NCBI GenBank assembly: GCA_963675665.1
Contig: OY776510.1
Span: 2,400,001 to 2,464,000, forward strand
Reading direction: 5' to 3'
DNA from: Spirochaetia bacterium
GTDB lineage: Bacteria > Spirochaetota > Spirochaetia > UBA9216
DNA: 64,000 nt
How positions within the stretch are numbered: position 1 is the first letter of the stretch; each line of letters starts with the position of its first letter. Below are positions 55,636-64,000 of this stretch, one piece after another. Made by a program: the position numbers and the translations under genes. The notes under the pieces were generated by a model that was not told the DNA's origin, did not search any database, and was given only the letters and a program-made list of their open reading frames with translations.

Positions 55636-57696
55636 TTGCATTATAACGTATTCCCTAAAATTTTAATCATTCAATTAGCCGGGTCATTTATTCTTTCCGT
55701 CTGTATATTAATTTTGCTTTCTTTATCAGGCATGGCAAATCTGAGTCTGAATCCGGTCGGAATACTGCTGGTTTCCGGCCTTATCTCTGTGAGCCTCTCC
55801 GGCTGGACTTATTTTTTATTGCATGTATTTATTAACAAACCGATTTACAGAATTCACACCAGAATAAAATGTATTGCAGATAAAACTGAAACAATTCAGA
55901 AAGAGTATACGGGGCCCGGTTCAAAGAGCTTCTTTGAATTGTCTCAATGTCTTGAATCGTTTTTATCGGAATTGGATCAAACTATCGGAACTCTGCAGGA
56001 GCTTGCGGATAAAAGCACCGAGATCGGAGAAACCGTCGAAGGTTCATTACGCAAGGCGGATCTCCTGAATACTGATGTTTCAAGATCCATCAGTGATAAT
56101 CTTTTAAAGATATCCTCATTAAACACCGATATCGACAAATCGGTCGACGAGATTAATAATGTCGGAACTTCGGTAAAAAAACTTACCGAGCTGATTACGG
56201 AAAGGCAGAGTTCATCTGTGAATGAATCTACAGCCGCAATAGAAGAAATGCTGGCCTCGATAGAGAATATCTCGAGAACGTCAACTGAAAAAAGCAGGGT
56301 GACCAGCGAGCTGGATTTGATCACCAAAGCCGGTTCCAAAGAAATGGAAAATACTCTAAGGGCTATTGAACAGGTTTCAAATACTGCCGATTCGGTCGTT
56401 TTACTGGTCGGGGTAATAAATGATATTGCGGAAAAGACGAATCTTCTGGCCATGAATGCAGCCATTGAAGCCGCCCATGCCGGTGAGGCAGGACGCGGCT
56501 TTTCTGTTGTTGCTGCAGAAGTAAAAAAGCTTGCCGAACAGACAAATAACAATTCCAAACAGATAACCGAATCGCTGTCGGCAATGAAAAAACAGATGAA
56601 AGATGCTACTGAGCGGACTGTTCAGACCGACGCAAGTTTTAAGCGAATTGCTGAAAAAATCTCTGAAGTTAACGACGGGATAACAGAAATCTCCAACGGC
56701 GTAAATGAAATTTCGATCGGCGGGGCGGAGATAATGACCGCCATGCAGAACTTGCTGACAATTACCGACGAGGTAAAAGACTTTTCAGGTCTCACTGATC
56801 AGCAAATTAATCTTATTATTCAGGCGATGGGTAATGTCTCGGTCCTCTCTGCCGAGAACCTTGATAAAGCGAATAAAATGGATACTCTTGTTCAGGAAAT
56901 ATCAGCATCCATGAAAACCCTGGGTACGCTTGGCGAGTTGAATGCCGAACAACTCAACGGAATCGACACAGCGCTATCGAGGCTGTCGATCTCAACCAAA
57001 AAAAGCAGTTTTGTTATTGCCTATAATGAAGTTCCGCCCTTTTGCATGAGCGGAAAAAATGCTGTTCCTGAAGGTGCGGCAAATGATTATTTAAGAGAAA
57101 TCCTTGGAGAAATGGGAGTCACAGACATAAAGTATCGGCATGTTCAATCGCTTGAACGCATTTATGAAATGCTTGATCGTAACTACATTGATGCCTACAC
57201 TCTGGCGACAAAGACATATGATCTCAGGCCTGAATTAAAATACAGCGTACCTGCAAAGCCGAGTATTACCCCGGCTGCGGGACTGCTAGTCAGTATTGAT
57301 AATCCGCTTTCAGCGATTTCGAACCCTGATGATCTCGGGAATATGGTTATAGGCACAAAAACCGGTATGCCGATAAACGACACACTGCAGAAGTCCGGTG
57401 CAAAGATTGAGATAATCGGCGGTGAGAATCCCCTTATGGATTGTATAAGCCTGGTCGCAAAGGGCCGTCTGGATGCGGTCTATTCATTAATTTATACGGA
57501 GCTTGAGTATATGGCTAAAACTCTCGGGCTCCAGGGAAAACTTAAAACAGTTGTTCTGCCTGATCCGTTACTCGAAATCTACACTGCTTTTTCACCTGAA
57601 GCGTCACAAAGATATCTTGATAATTTTAATAAAGCTTTTGAAAAAGTAAGCAGGGAAAAACCCTTTGCTTCTTTTCTTAAAAAATATATGTTCTGA
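55636..57696 (+). CDS. Methyl-accepting chemotaxis protein with C-terminal solute-binding (PBP2-like) domain
   Basis: Two N-terminal TMs. [38 protein letters not shown] signalling tip. Tail [15 protein letters not shown] resembles SBP_bac_3. TTG start with AGGAG SD. Confidence 0.9.
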   Translation: MHYNVFPKILIIQLAGSFILSVCILILLSLSGMANLSLNPVGILLVSGLISVSLSGWTYFLLHVFINKPIYRIHTRIKCIADKTETIQKEYTGPGSKSFFELSQCLESFLSELDQTIGTLQELADKSTEIGETVEGSLRKADLLNTDVSRSISDNLLKISSLNTDIDKSVDEINNVGTSVKKLTELITERQSSSVNESTAAIEEMLASIENISRTSTEKSRVTSELDLITKAGSKEMENTLRAIEQVSNTADSVVLLVGVINDIAEKTNLLAMNAAIEAAHAGEAGRGFSVVAAEVKKLAEQTNNNSKQITESLSAMKKQMKDATERTVQTDASFKRIAEKISEVNDGITEISNGVNEISIGGAEIMTAMQNLLTITDEVKDFSGLTDQQINLIIQAMGNVSVLSAENLDKANKMDTLVQEISASMKTLGTLGELNAEQLNGIDTALSRLSISTKKSSFVIAYNEVPPFCMSGKNAVPEGAANDYLREILGEMGVTDIKYRHVQSLERIYEMLDRNYIDAYTLATKTYDLRPELKYSVPAKPSITPAAGLLVSIDNPLSAISNPDDLGNMVIGTKTGMPINDTLQKSGAKIEIIGGENPLMDCISLVAKGRLDAVYSLIYTELEYMAKTLGLQGKLKTVVLPDPLLEIYTAFSPEASQRYLDNFNKAFEKVSREKPFASFLKKYMF

Positions 57697-57708
57697 ATTA
57701 TCTGTTGT

Positions 57709-59058
57709 TTACCTTACAGTATTAACTCTTATACCCATGGATCTCATCCTGGTACATACATCGTCGACGGCAGTTTTTGCGGAATCATCCATTTTCGTTA
57801 TCTTAGTCATGTCCAGAGTAACCACTTCCCGGTTTCTCAGCATTTCAAGTTTCAGTATATGAACAAGATAATAAGCATTTGACAGGGTCAGTGCTCCGCT
57901 AAGCGCGAATTTGCCCGGCTTTGTAGCATCAAGAACGATTCCAAACGGCAGGTTCCATTCTCCTGCCGGTTCTGCTATATCTTCACCGCGCTCATATCTC
58001 ATTATCATTTCGTTTGTGTCCCGCAGTCTCTCAACAAGACTCCTGATAAGTTCAAGAAACCATGAAGGAACATTATAAACATTATTATAGAAATCGCGGA
58101 CATCAAGAACGTGAACAGTTCCGGGTTTGTCGGCTCTGACATCGGCGGATCTTATACCTTCCTTTATCAGCGACATTTCTCCGATAACATCTCCGCTTTC
58201 TGCCTTGCCAAGTACAATTGTACCTGTTTCAGTTTCGCGTGAAATTGTAAAGCTGCCGTTTTTTACTACGTACATTACATGCTCAAGTGCCCCCTGCCTG
58301 ATCAGTAAATCGCCTTTTTCAACATGTTTAATAGGGATATGTGTTCTTGCCAGTATGTTCTGCAATCCCTTTATTGAAAGCACCTTGTCTCTGATCAGCT
58401 GCATGTTTTCAATCTGAATTCTTTTCTCCGCAACCTCGCTTGACTTGATCAGATTAAATATAAAATTGATGCCGGCCTGGTCTATATCTATGACATCCGA
58501 GAAATCAAGAATGAGAATTGAATTGTTTTTAAGTTTGATTTCGCGAATCTTGTTTTTAATAGGCTCGATAGAAGCTTCGGTAAATCTGCCTTTAAGAAAA
58601 AGTCTTCGGGCCCTTTCCGTTTTGGGCGCCCCTGACTCCGGCTGCCCGGCTACAGGCTGGGGGGCGGGGACAGCTTCGGTCATCCCGGGTGTTTTATGCC
58701 CTGTCATGTATTCACCCAGCTGTTCGGTTGTCGTTCGAATACGTCTGACCAGAACTTTTGCAATTGATACCGCCCATGATGAAATGCCCAGGTGCTCATC
58801 TTCAAGGATGCTGTAAGGCAGATCATTTACCAGGGTAGGCGATGTTGCAATAACTGTTGCTGATCGCTTGATTCCGGTAAGAAAAGACATCTCTCCGACA
58901 TATTGGCCGGGGCCGAGTTCCGTGATTGGTATCTGTTTACCTTCTTTTTCGATCAAAACCTGAACCGAACCGGTTCTTATTATATACATATTCCGCGAGG
59001 TATCTCCCGCCTTGAAGAGCAAATCGCCTTTATTGAATCGTACAAGCCTGGTGTTCAT
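57709..59058 (-). CDS. Signalling protein with cNMP-STAS-cNMP-STAS architecture
   Basis: Two cNMP motifs (GEMSFLTGIKRSATV, GEMSLIKEGIRSADV), each followed by a STAS-like segment (LDFSDVIDIDQAG, LDMTKITKMDDSA). Confidence 0.8.
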   Translation of the reverse strand: MNTRLVRFNKGDLLFKAGDTSRNMYIIRTGSVQVLIEKEGKQIPITELGPGQYVGEMSFLTGIKRSATVIATSPTLVNDLPYSILEDEHLGISSWAVSIAKVLVRRIRTTTEQLGEYMTGHKTPGMTEAVPAPQPVAGQPESGAPKTERARRLFLKGRFTEASIEPIKNKIREIKLKNNSILILDFSDVIDIDQAGINFIFNLIKSSEVAEKRIQIENMQLIRDKVLSIKGLQNILARTHIPIKHVEKGDLLIRQGALEHVMYVVKNGSFTISRETETGTIVLGKAESGDVIGEMSLIKEGIRSADVRADKPGTVHVLDVRDFYNNVYNVPSWFLELIRSLVERLRDTNEMIMRYERGEDIAEPAGEWNLPFGIVLDATKPGKFALSGALTLSNAYYLVHILKLEMLRNREVVTLDMTKITKMDDSAKTAVDDVCTRMRSMGIRVNTVR

Positions 59059-59118
59059 GAATAAAGAATAACTGAGATTAAGGTTTATTGCAAACAGGTT
59101 TTGGTTTTGATCTGATTT

Positions 59119-60021
59119 TTAGATCTCGTCGGCTATCCGGCAGAACAGCCACCAGGCCGCGTAGGCTTTCATGTTTGAGTTGATTGATTCAGTATGGGCC
59201 CCGCCGCAATCGTACCAGTCGGATCCTTCGGTGTGTGTGTTCTGCCAGGCTGTTGCCCAGTTGCCGCCTGTGTAATTACAGGCATCATCGGCATTTTGCG
59301 AAAGGTAGTTTCTTCCGTCGGGATCGTGGCTTTCTATATCGGCGAAGTCAAACAGCCATTTATCATTATTTTTGCAGAAGCTTCTGATTTGCTCGTTTCG
59401 TTGATTTAAATTACCGTCTTCGCCTGTTCCGTCGAGATGTCCCGTCATATATATAAATGTAATTTCAGGGTGCGCTTTCTCAAAGGCCGACATTGGAGCA
59501 AGATACTCATCAATCATCGCCTGTTCGGTTTTGGAAGATACCTGGCCGCACCACGACCACATTATTACGTTGTATCTGTCGTATTCGGAATCATCAAGAA
59601 AATCCTGTGTTTCATTTACCCATGAAGGATAATAACCCGCATCCAGCTCCAAATGTCCGTCGCCATACCCTGCGCCCTCAAAATAATCAAGAGCGCCATC
59701 CGAACCTGTTGAATTAAAATTAAAGAGATCAGTTGAGTAATCTCTGTTCAGATTTCCTTCATTGGAGAAATAGATGAGGCCGTTCATTCCGGTTGTAATT
59801 TGGCTTCCGTGTGATGTGTGACCGTAAGCTATATGCAATTTGCTTTTTACCTGTTTGATATCCGATTCGCTTATACGGCCTTCCGGGAGTTCATGAATGA
59901 CTTTGTGATCAGCTGTTTTTGATTTTGCTGTTTCTTCATCAATATTATCATTACAGCTGTAAAGCTGAAATAAACAAACCAGAGAAAGCAGAAAATACAA
60001 GCGGCCTATTTGAATTTTCAT
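59119..60021 (-). CDS. Conserved hypothetical lipoprotein (possible SGNH-like fold)
   Basis: Lipobox LYSC. HIAYGHTSHGSQ, MWSWCGQ, YMTGHLDG, LFDFADIES. Confidence 0.65.
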   Translation of the reverse strand: MKIQIGRLYFLLSLVCLFQLYSCNDNIDEETAKSKTADHKVIHELPEGRISESDIKQVKSKLHIAYGHTSHGSQITTGMNGLIYFSNEGNLNRDYSTDLFNFNSTGSDGALDYFEGAGYGDGHLELDAGYYPSWVNETQDFLDDSEYDRYNVIMWSWCGQVSSKTEQAMIDEYLAPMSAFEKAHPEITFIYMTGHLDGTGEDGNLNQRNEQIRSFCKNNDKWLFDFADIESHDPDGRNYLSQNADDACNYTGGNWATAWQNTHTEGSDWYDCGGAHTESINSNMKAYAAWWLFCRIADEI

Positions 60022-60101
60022 ATGAACAATTATACCACGATATGATTATGATTTCATAAATGCTGTACTAATGAAGATATTGAAAGATTTATAATGATAA
60101 A

Positions 60102-60130
60102 CTGCCCGGATTGTGTATCAATCCGGGCAG
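60102..60130. terminator. Hairpin after the aldehyde dehydrogenase gene
   Basis: CTGCCCGGATTG-TGTAT-CAATCCGGGCAG. Confidence 0.6.
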
Positions 60131-60138
60131 GAGCAGTA

Positions 60139-61548
60139 TTACAACATGCCCTTGAGTACTATGGTTTTTAATTGACTCATTTCTTCAAGGGTATTGAGCA
60201 TCCCCTCGCGTCCGATTCCGCTTTTCTTGTAACCGCCGAAAGGCTGATCAAGCGTCCGGTATGTACCGTGACCATTAATGACGGTACAGCCGCATTCAAG
60301 CGCAGCAGCCTGCTGCAGCGCCCGTTTATAATTACCCGAGAACACCGCCCCCGACAGGCCGAACTGTGAAGAATTGGCAATACGAACGGCCTCTTCATCG
60401 GTTTCAAACCCTATAATCGGAAAAACCGGTCCGAAAATTTCCATATCGGTTGCTACACTGCATTTCGGCAAAACATTGGTGATAACTGCAGGTTTGAAAA
60501 AATTGTTCTCCAACCTTTCCCCTCCCCAGTAAAGCGTACAACCTTCCGAAATGCATATGTCAATCTGTTTCATAACGGTATCAAGCGCTGATTTACTTAT
60601 AATACATCCCAGATCACTGTCTTCATCGGCAGGATTAGTTATTCTGATTTTTTTCAGCCTGTCGACAAGCAAATCGGCAAAAGTGTCTTTCACTGAATTG
60701 TGTATAATAAACCGCTTGGGCGCGCAGCAGGTCTGTCCTGTATTCTGAAGTCTGCCTTCAATTGCTTCGTTTGCAGCAAGTTCAAGATCAGAATCTTCAT
60801 GGACAATAAAAGCATCATTTCCGCCGAGTTCAAGAAATACTCTGTGCAGATTCGGCGCCGCATTAACCATTATCCGGATTCCTACATCAGTACTGCCGGT
60901 AAGGCTTACAGCCGCAATGTCCGGGTTTGTAACAAGCCATTTACCGACATCTGCGCCGCTTCCCGATACGAACTGAATCAGATTCTCCGGAAAACCGATA
61001 TCATCGGCCAGTTCAATCATCATCTTTACCGCCAGCGGATTGGTGCTTGCAGGCTTAACGATTATGGGGTTGCCGGCGGCAATGGCCGGTGCAGCCTTCT
61101 GACTGTAAAGTTCCACCGGATAATTAAACGGTACGATGCATGCTATCGGCCCTATCGGCTCCCGGACTGTATAGATGATATCGCTTTCGATTCCGGGCTG
61201 CGACTGGGGAAGGACTTCCGAGTACATATGTTTTATACGCTCGGCGTATCCCTCAAAAATGCGTGCTGCAACATCTGCCTCGCCGCGGCATTCGGTTATC
61301 CGTTTTCCCATCTCAGCACACTCAAGCCTTGCAATGCTTTCCTGTTTTGTACGAATTTTGTCCGCATACTTGTACATAAGTTCCGCACGGCGGTATACCG
61401 GGACTCTCTTCCATTCTGAGGCGGCTTTGAGGGATTTTTGTACGATGCTCTGAATTTGAGCTTCGGAGGCGCGTGGAACGGATCCTACAAGTGATCCGTC
61501 CACCGGGTTGTGGACATTGATGCCGGATTCCGGCATAACTGAGTTCAT
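60139..61548 (-). CDS. NAD(P)-dependent aldehyde dehydrogenase (lactaldehyde dehydrogenase-like)
   Basis: IVPFNYP, KPAS, LTGSTDVG, LELGGND, NTGQTCCA (catalytic Cys), EIFGPV, PFGGYKKSGIGREG. Confidence 0.95.
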   Translation of the reverse strand: MNSVMPESGINVHNPVDGSLVGSVPRASEAQIQSIVQKSLKAASEWKRVPVYRRAELMYKYADKIRTKQESIARLECAEMGKRITECRGEADVAARIFEGYAERIKHMYSEVLPQSQPGIESDIIYTVREPIGPIACIVPFNYPVELYSQKAAPAIAAGNPIIVKPASTNPLAVKMMIELADDIGFPENLIQFVSGSGADVGKWLVTNPDIAAVSLTGSTDVGIRIMVNAAPNLHRVFLELGGNDAFIVHEDSDLELAANEAIEGRLQNTGQTCCAPKRFIIHNSVKDTFADLLVDRLKKIRITNPADEDSDLGCIISKSALDTVMKQIDICISEGCTLYWGGERLENNFFKPAVITNVLPKCSVATDMEIFGPVFPIIGFETDEEAVRIANSSQFGLSGAVFSGNYKRALQQAAALECGCTVINGHGTYRTLDQPFGGYKKSGIGREGMLNTLEEMSQLKTIVLKGML

Positions 61549-61551
61549 ATG

Positions 61552-61662
61552 AATCTCCTTTCCAATGAGGGAGGCATTGCTGTTTCCGGCAATACCCTGT
61601 CGGTCCGGTTCCCGTAGCCAGGCTGAAACAGCTGATCCTTAGGGAGAAGGGACTCGAAGATT
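61552..61662 (-). ncRNA. Moco/Tuco (molybdenum/tungsten cofactor) riboswitch-like RNA, P3-less (tungsten-type) variant
   Basis: Minus strand AATCTTCGAGT..CCTAAG..TACGG..GGACCGAC-AGGGTATTGC-CGGAAAC-AGCAATGCCT-CCCTCATTGGAAAGGAGATT. Matches the moaA-leader landmarks. P1 (AATCTTC/GGAGATT) sequesters the SD. Confidence 0.8.
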
Positions 61663-61669
61663 TTTTACA

Positions 61670-61699
61670 AGATTAATACAGGCATGCAGGCCATGTCAA
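61670..61699 (-). promoter_or_regulatory. Sigma70 promoter just upstream of the riboswitch
   Basis: Minus strand TTGACA-18-TAATCT, placing the TSS at about 61663. Confidence 0.6.
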
Positions 61700-61813
61700 G
61701 AACATTGTATACAATAAGATCGTTTACTGCATGTAACAAGGTTGTCACATTCTTCTGTTTTTACTTTTTTTATGATATAATCATCTATATTTTATATTGG
61801 AACGAGGTTCAGG

Positions 61814-62592
61814 ATGAAAAAATTGATGATAATTTTTCTTGTGTTTTCTGCTTTAATCTTCAGCAGTTGTGATTTTTTTACAGTATTTTCGGATCCCCGG
61901 ATGCCTACATAATTACGTTCTCAATGCAGGGAAGTGTTGGTGAAGCTGAAATAGATAATGAAAACCGAACTGTTGTTATTACAGTTGAACCGATGGATAT
62001 CTCTGATATCTCGCCCGACATAACGATATCTGAAGGAGCCACTATAACCGGACCATCATCTATCGAGGACGGAGTAGCTGCTGTATATACTCTTACAGCT
62101 GAGAACGGTGATATTCTGGAATGGGAAGTAACAATTAATGTACAGTACGGTGTTTCATTTACCGTTGAAGGCCAGAAGGTTGTTCTGACCGGAGGTTTTA
62201 AAGACAGCGGCGATTTCACAGCCAATGAGGCTTGCGGCCACGGGGTTCCAGGCATTCAGAAAATTGACGGAGATGGTATGGCCCTTGAACATGTCTACGA
62301 CTGGAATGTTTTATCCGAAGCACCACCGTACGATTATTTGGATATATATGTTAATGGTATGACAACAGGTACATTTAAAGGAGAATTTGATTTCTATGAT
62401 TATTCGGAAGACTCCTTAGAATACTTCTACGGTAATATAGCAGTATCAGAGTTCGGTGCAATCGGCGGAAATTTCCGGGCTGAGTTCTCAGGAGTTAACG
62501 AAGGTGAAACAAAAAGTCTGATAAACGGTTTTGCCAAGCTTATGGTCATCGAGGACCTTGGCTTCGGGAGCATCGAAGAAGTATTGTATTAG
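61814..62592 (+). pseudogene. Surface lipoprotein (DUF5018/cadherin-like N-terminal domain) frameshifted at a T7 tract
   Basis: ATG 61814 gives MKKLMIIFLVFSALIFSSC (lipobox) then stops. One extra T in the run at 61873-61879 joins it to the 61924..62592 frame (DFFYSIFGSPDAYIITFSMQGSVGEAEID). Confidence 0.75.
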
Positions 62593-62609
62593 AATTTATG
62601 TTCCTGGCT

Positions 62610-62646
62610 GCTTACGCCGTTTTCCTGTAATTTCTTCGGCGTAAGC
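62610..62646. terminator. Hairpin after the lipoprotein gene
   Basis: GCTTACGCCG...CGGCGTAAGC. Confidence 0.45.
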
Positions 62647-62708
62647 TGATGTTTCAAAATATCTGTTCATTTTTTTGATTTATTCCTGTTTTTTACTATA
62701 ATAAAAAC

Positions 62709-64000
62709 ATGAAAAGCTTTAAGGACCCTTTTCTTTTTATTATTGCCGCTTATACTGTTTTTTTTACTGTGCCCGCCGTTCTGTCTGCGCAGGATGATAT
62801 TGAAAGTTTAAAAAAGAAAGTTCTGGTTATACACCCGTTTCATGAGCTCAGTGAATGGGAAAGCAGTTTCAATTATGCTTTTCATTCGGCACTTAGCAAA
62901 AGAGAGGATGTTCAGGTAAGCATTTTTCATGAATTCAGCGCTGCAGATCTTGCCGACGGGTTTAAGACAGAAGAAGAACTGGCTGAAGATCTGGGAAATC
63001 TTGTAGATTTTATCAAACCGGATGCCATTGTTTCATTATTTTCATCGATACATAATCTTATGATTGATTATCAAAGTATAATTAATGCAAATGTACCAAA
63101 TATCTGTGTTCCGGTAACGGAACAGATGATGAAAAAGCTGGAATCGTTACCGGGCTTTTATGGTGTAAAAAGTATCTCCGGAAAAGCCATGGCTGAGACA
63201 ATTAATGTAATGAAGTTGCTGATACCTGAATTACGGCAGATATATGTTGTCGGAGGCGTTTCAGTTACTGATAATACATACAGAAGACTGTTTCAATCCG
63301 TAATCAGTACCGGGCAGACAGATTTGGAATACCATTACCTGACAGGTTTGTCTCTGGCCAAGCTTCTTTCCGAGGTTTCGGGGCTGCCTGCAAATTCAGC
63401 AATATTTTATTTAACAGTGAACGAAGATAATAAAGGCGACTATTATAATACGAATGCAATATTGCCTGAAATCGTAAAAAAGGCATCTGTACCCATCTTT
63501 TCATTTTATGATTCGCTTCTTGGTTTCGATATAGTCGGCGGAAATATGACGAGCGCTGAATTTTACGGAAATTATACTGCAGAATTACTGATCAAGCTTA
63601 TGACCGAAGCATCTTCCGATATTCAGGAAAATGAGGAGAGAAGCAGCTTTATATTTAACTGGCCGCAGTTGAAACGTTGGGGGATCGATGTCGATATGCT
63701 TCCGGAAAACAGTATAGTCATGGATCGGGAGTACACATTCCGGGAACAATATAAAGGCCGCATTATTGCGGCTATTGCAATCGGAATTCTTCAAGCCGTA
63801 CTGATAATTGCTTTGATATATTTCCTGAATAAGAAAAGACTTGCGGAGAAAATGCTTCAGCAGAGAAAGAACCAGCTTGAAGAATCTCTTAATGAGAAAG
63901 AGATTCTGCTGAAAGAAATTCATCATCGCGTAAAAAATAACATGGCCATAATAAGCTCTTTTCTGAACCTGCAGTCTGATAATCTAGATAAGGATCTTTC
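62709..64000 (+). CDS. Sensor histidine kinase (HisKA_2 type) with periplasmic ABC-SBP-like sensor; 3' end outside window (absent from ORF track)
   Basis: [22 protein letters not shown] signal/sensor start, a TM near 63760-63830, and [28 protein letters not shown] at the window end in the same frame. Confidence 0.85.
   Translation, partial: MKSFKDPFLFIIAAYTVFFTVPAVLSAQDDIESLKKKVLVIHPFHELSEWESSFNYAFHSALSKREDVQVSIFHEFSAADLADGFKTEEELAEDLGNLVDFIKPDAIVSLFSSIHNLMIDYQSIINANVPNICVPVTEQMMKKLESLPGFYGVKSISGKAMAETINVMKLLIPELRQIYVVGGVSVTDNTYRRLFQSVISTGQTDLEYHYLTGLSLAKLLSEVSGLPANSAIFYLTVNEDNKGDYYNTNAILPEIVKKASVPIFSFYDSLLGFDIVGGNMTSAEFYGNYTAELLIKLMTEASSDIQENEERSSFIFNWPQLKRWGIDVDMLPENSIVMDREYTFREQYKGRIIAAIAIGILQAVLIIALIYFLNKKRLAEKMLQQRKNQLEESLNEKEILLKEIHHRVKNNMAIISSFLNLQSDNLDKDL

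Noticed and set aside
63304-63926. Minus-strand ORFs near the window end
   Set aside because: They are antisense to the run-off histidine kinase starting at 62709.

Overview
Bacterial chromosomal window, most likely from a free-living anaerobic spirochaete. This is inferred from the 'FAGG(A/Q)QE'-type binding-protein leaders, spirochaete-style lipoboxes, a BMP-family lipoprotein and a DUF4037-like gene. The left ~43 kb is a run of accessory carbohydrate-catabolic clusters: (i) a GguAB/MmsAB-type ABC transporter with a DegT aminotransferase and a Gfo/Idh/MocA oxidoreductase; (ii) a ROK-associated operon combining a second DegT, a UroD/MtaA-family protein, a CUT1 sugar ABC transporter, a non-pyrrolysine MttB-family methyltransferase and a Hyi-like isomerase; (iii) the mercury-methylation pair hgcA-hgcB directly downstream; (iv) a LacI-controlled rare-ketose/3-keto-sugar cluster; (v) a Na+/solute symporter with a structured leader; (vi) a GntR-PfkB-SIS-BtpA-nucleoside ABC-deoC operon. 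This block ends at a degenerate tRNA-Arg duplicate, a truncated AAA/DUF4143 gene, and tRNA-Arg(TCT) plus tRNA-Pro(TGG). The right part holds housekeeping and signalling genes (nth, rpmB, recQ, diguanylate cyclase, histidine kinases, MCP). It also has an NAD(P)-dependent aldehyde dehydrogenase under a Moco/tungsten-cofactor riboswitch-like leader and a lipoprotein frameshifted at a T7 tract. A family of intergenic multi-hairpin elements (AAGA loops, TGGAGTT..AAACATCCA) recurs across the window. No CRISPR array, rRNA, integrase or transposase was seen. All calls are by eye from the sequence and the ORF track; no searches were run.
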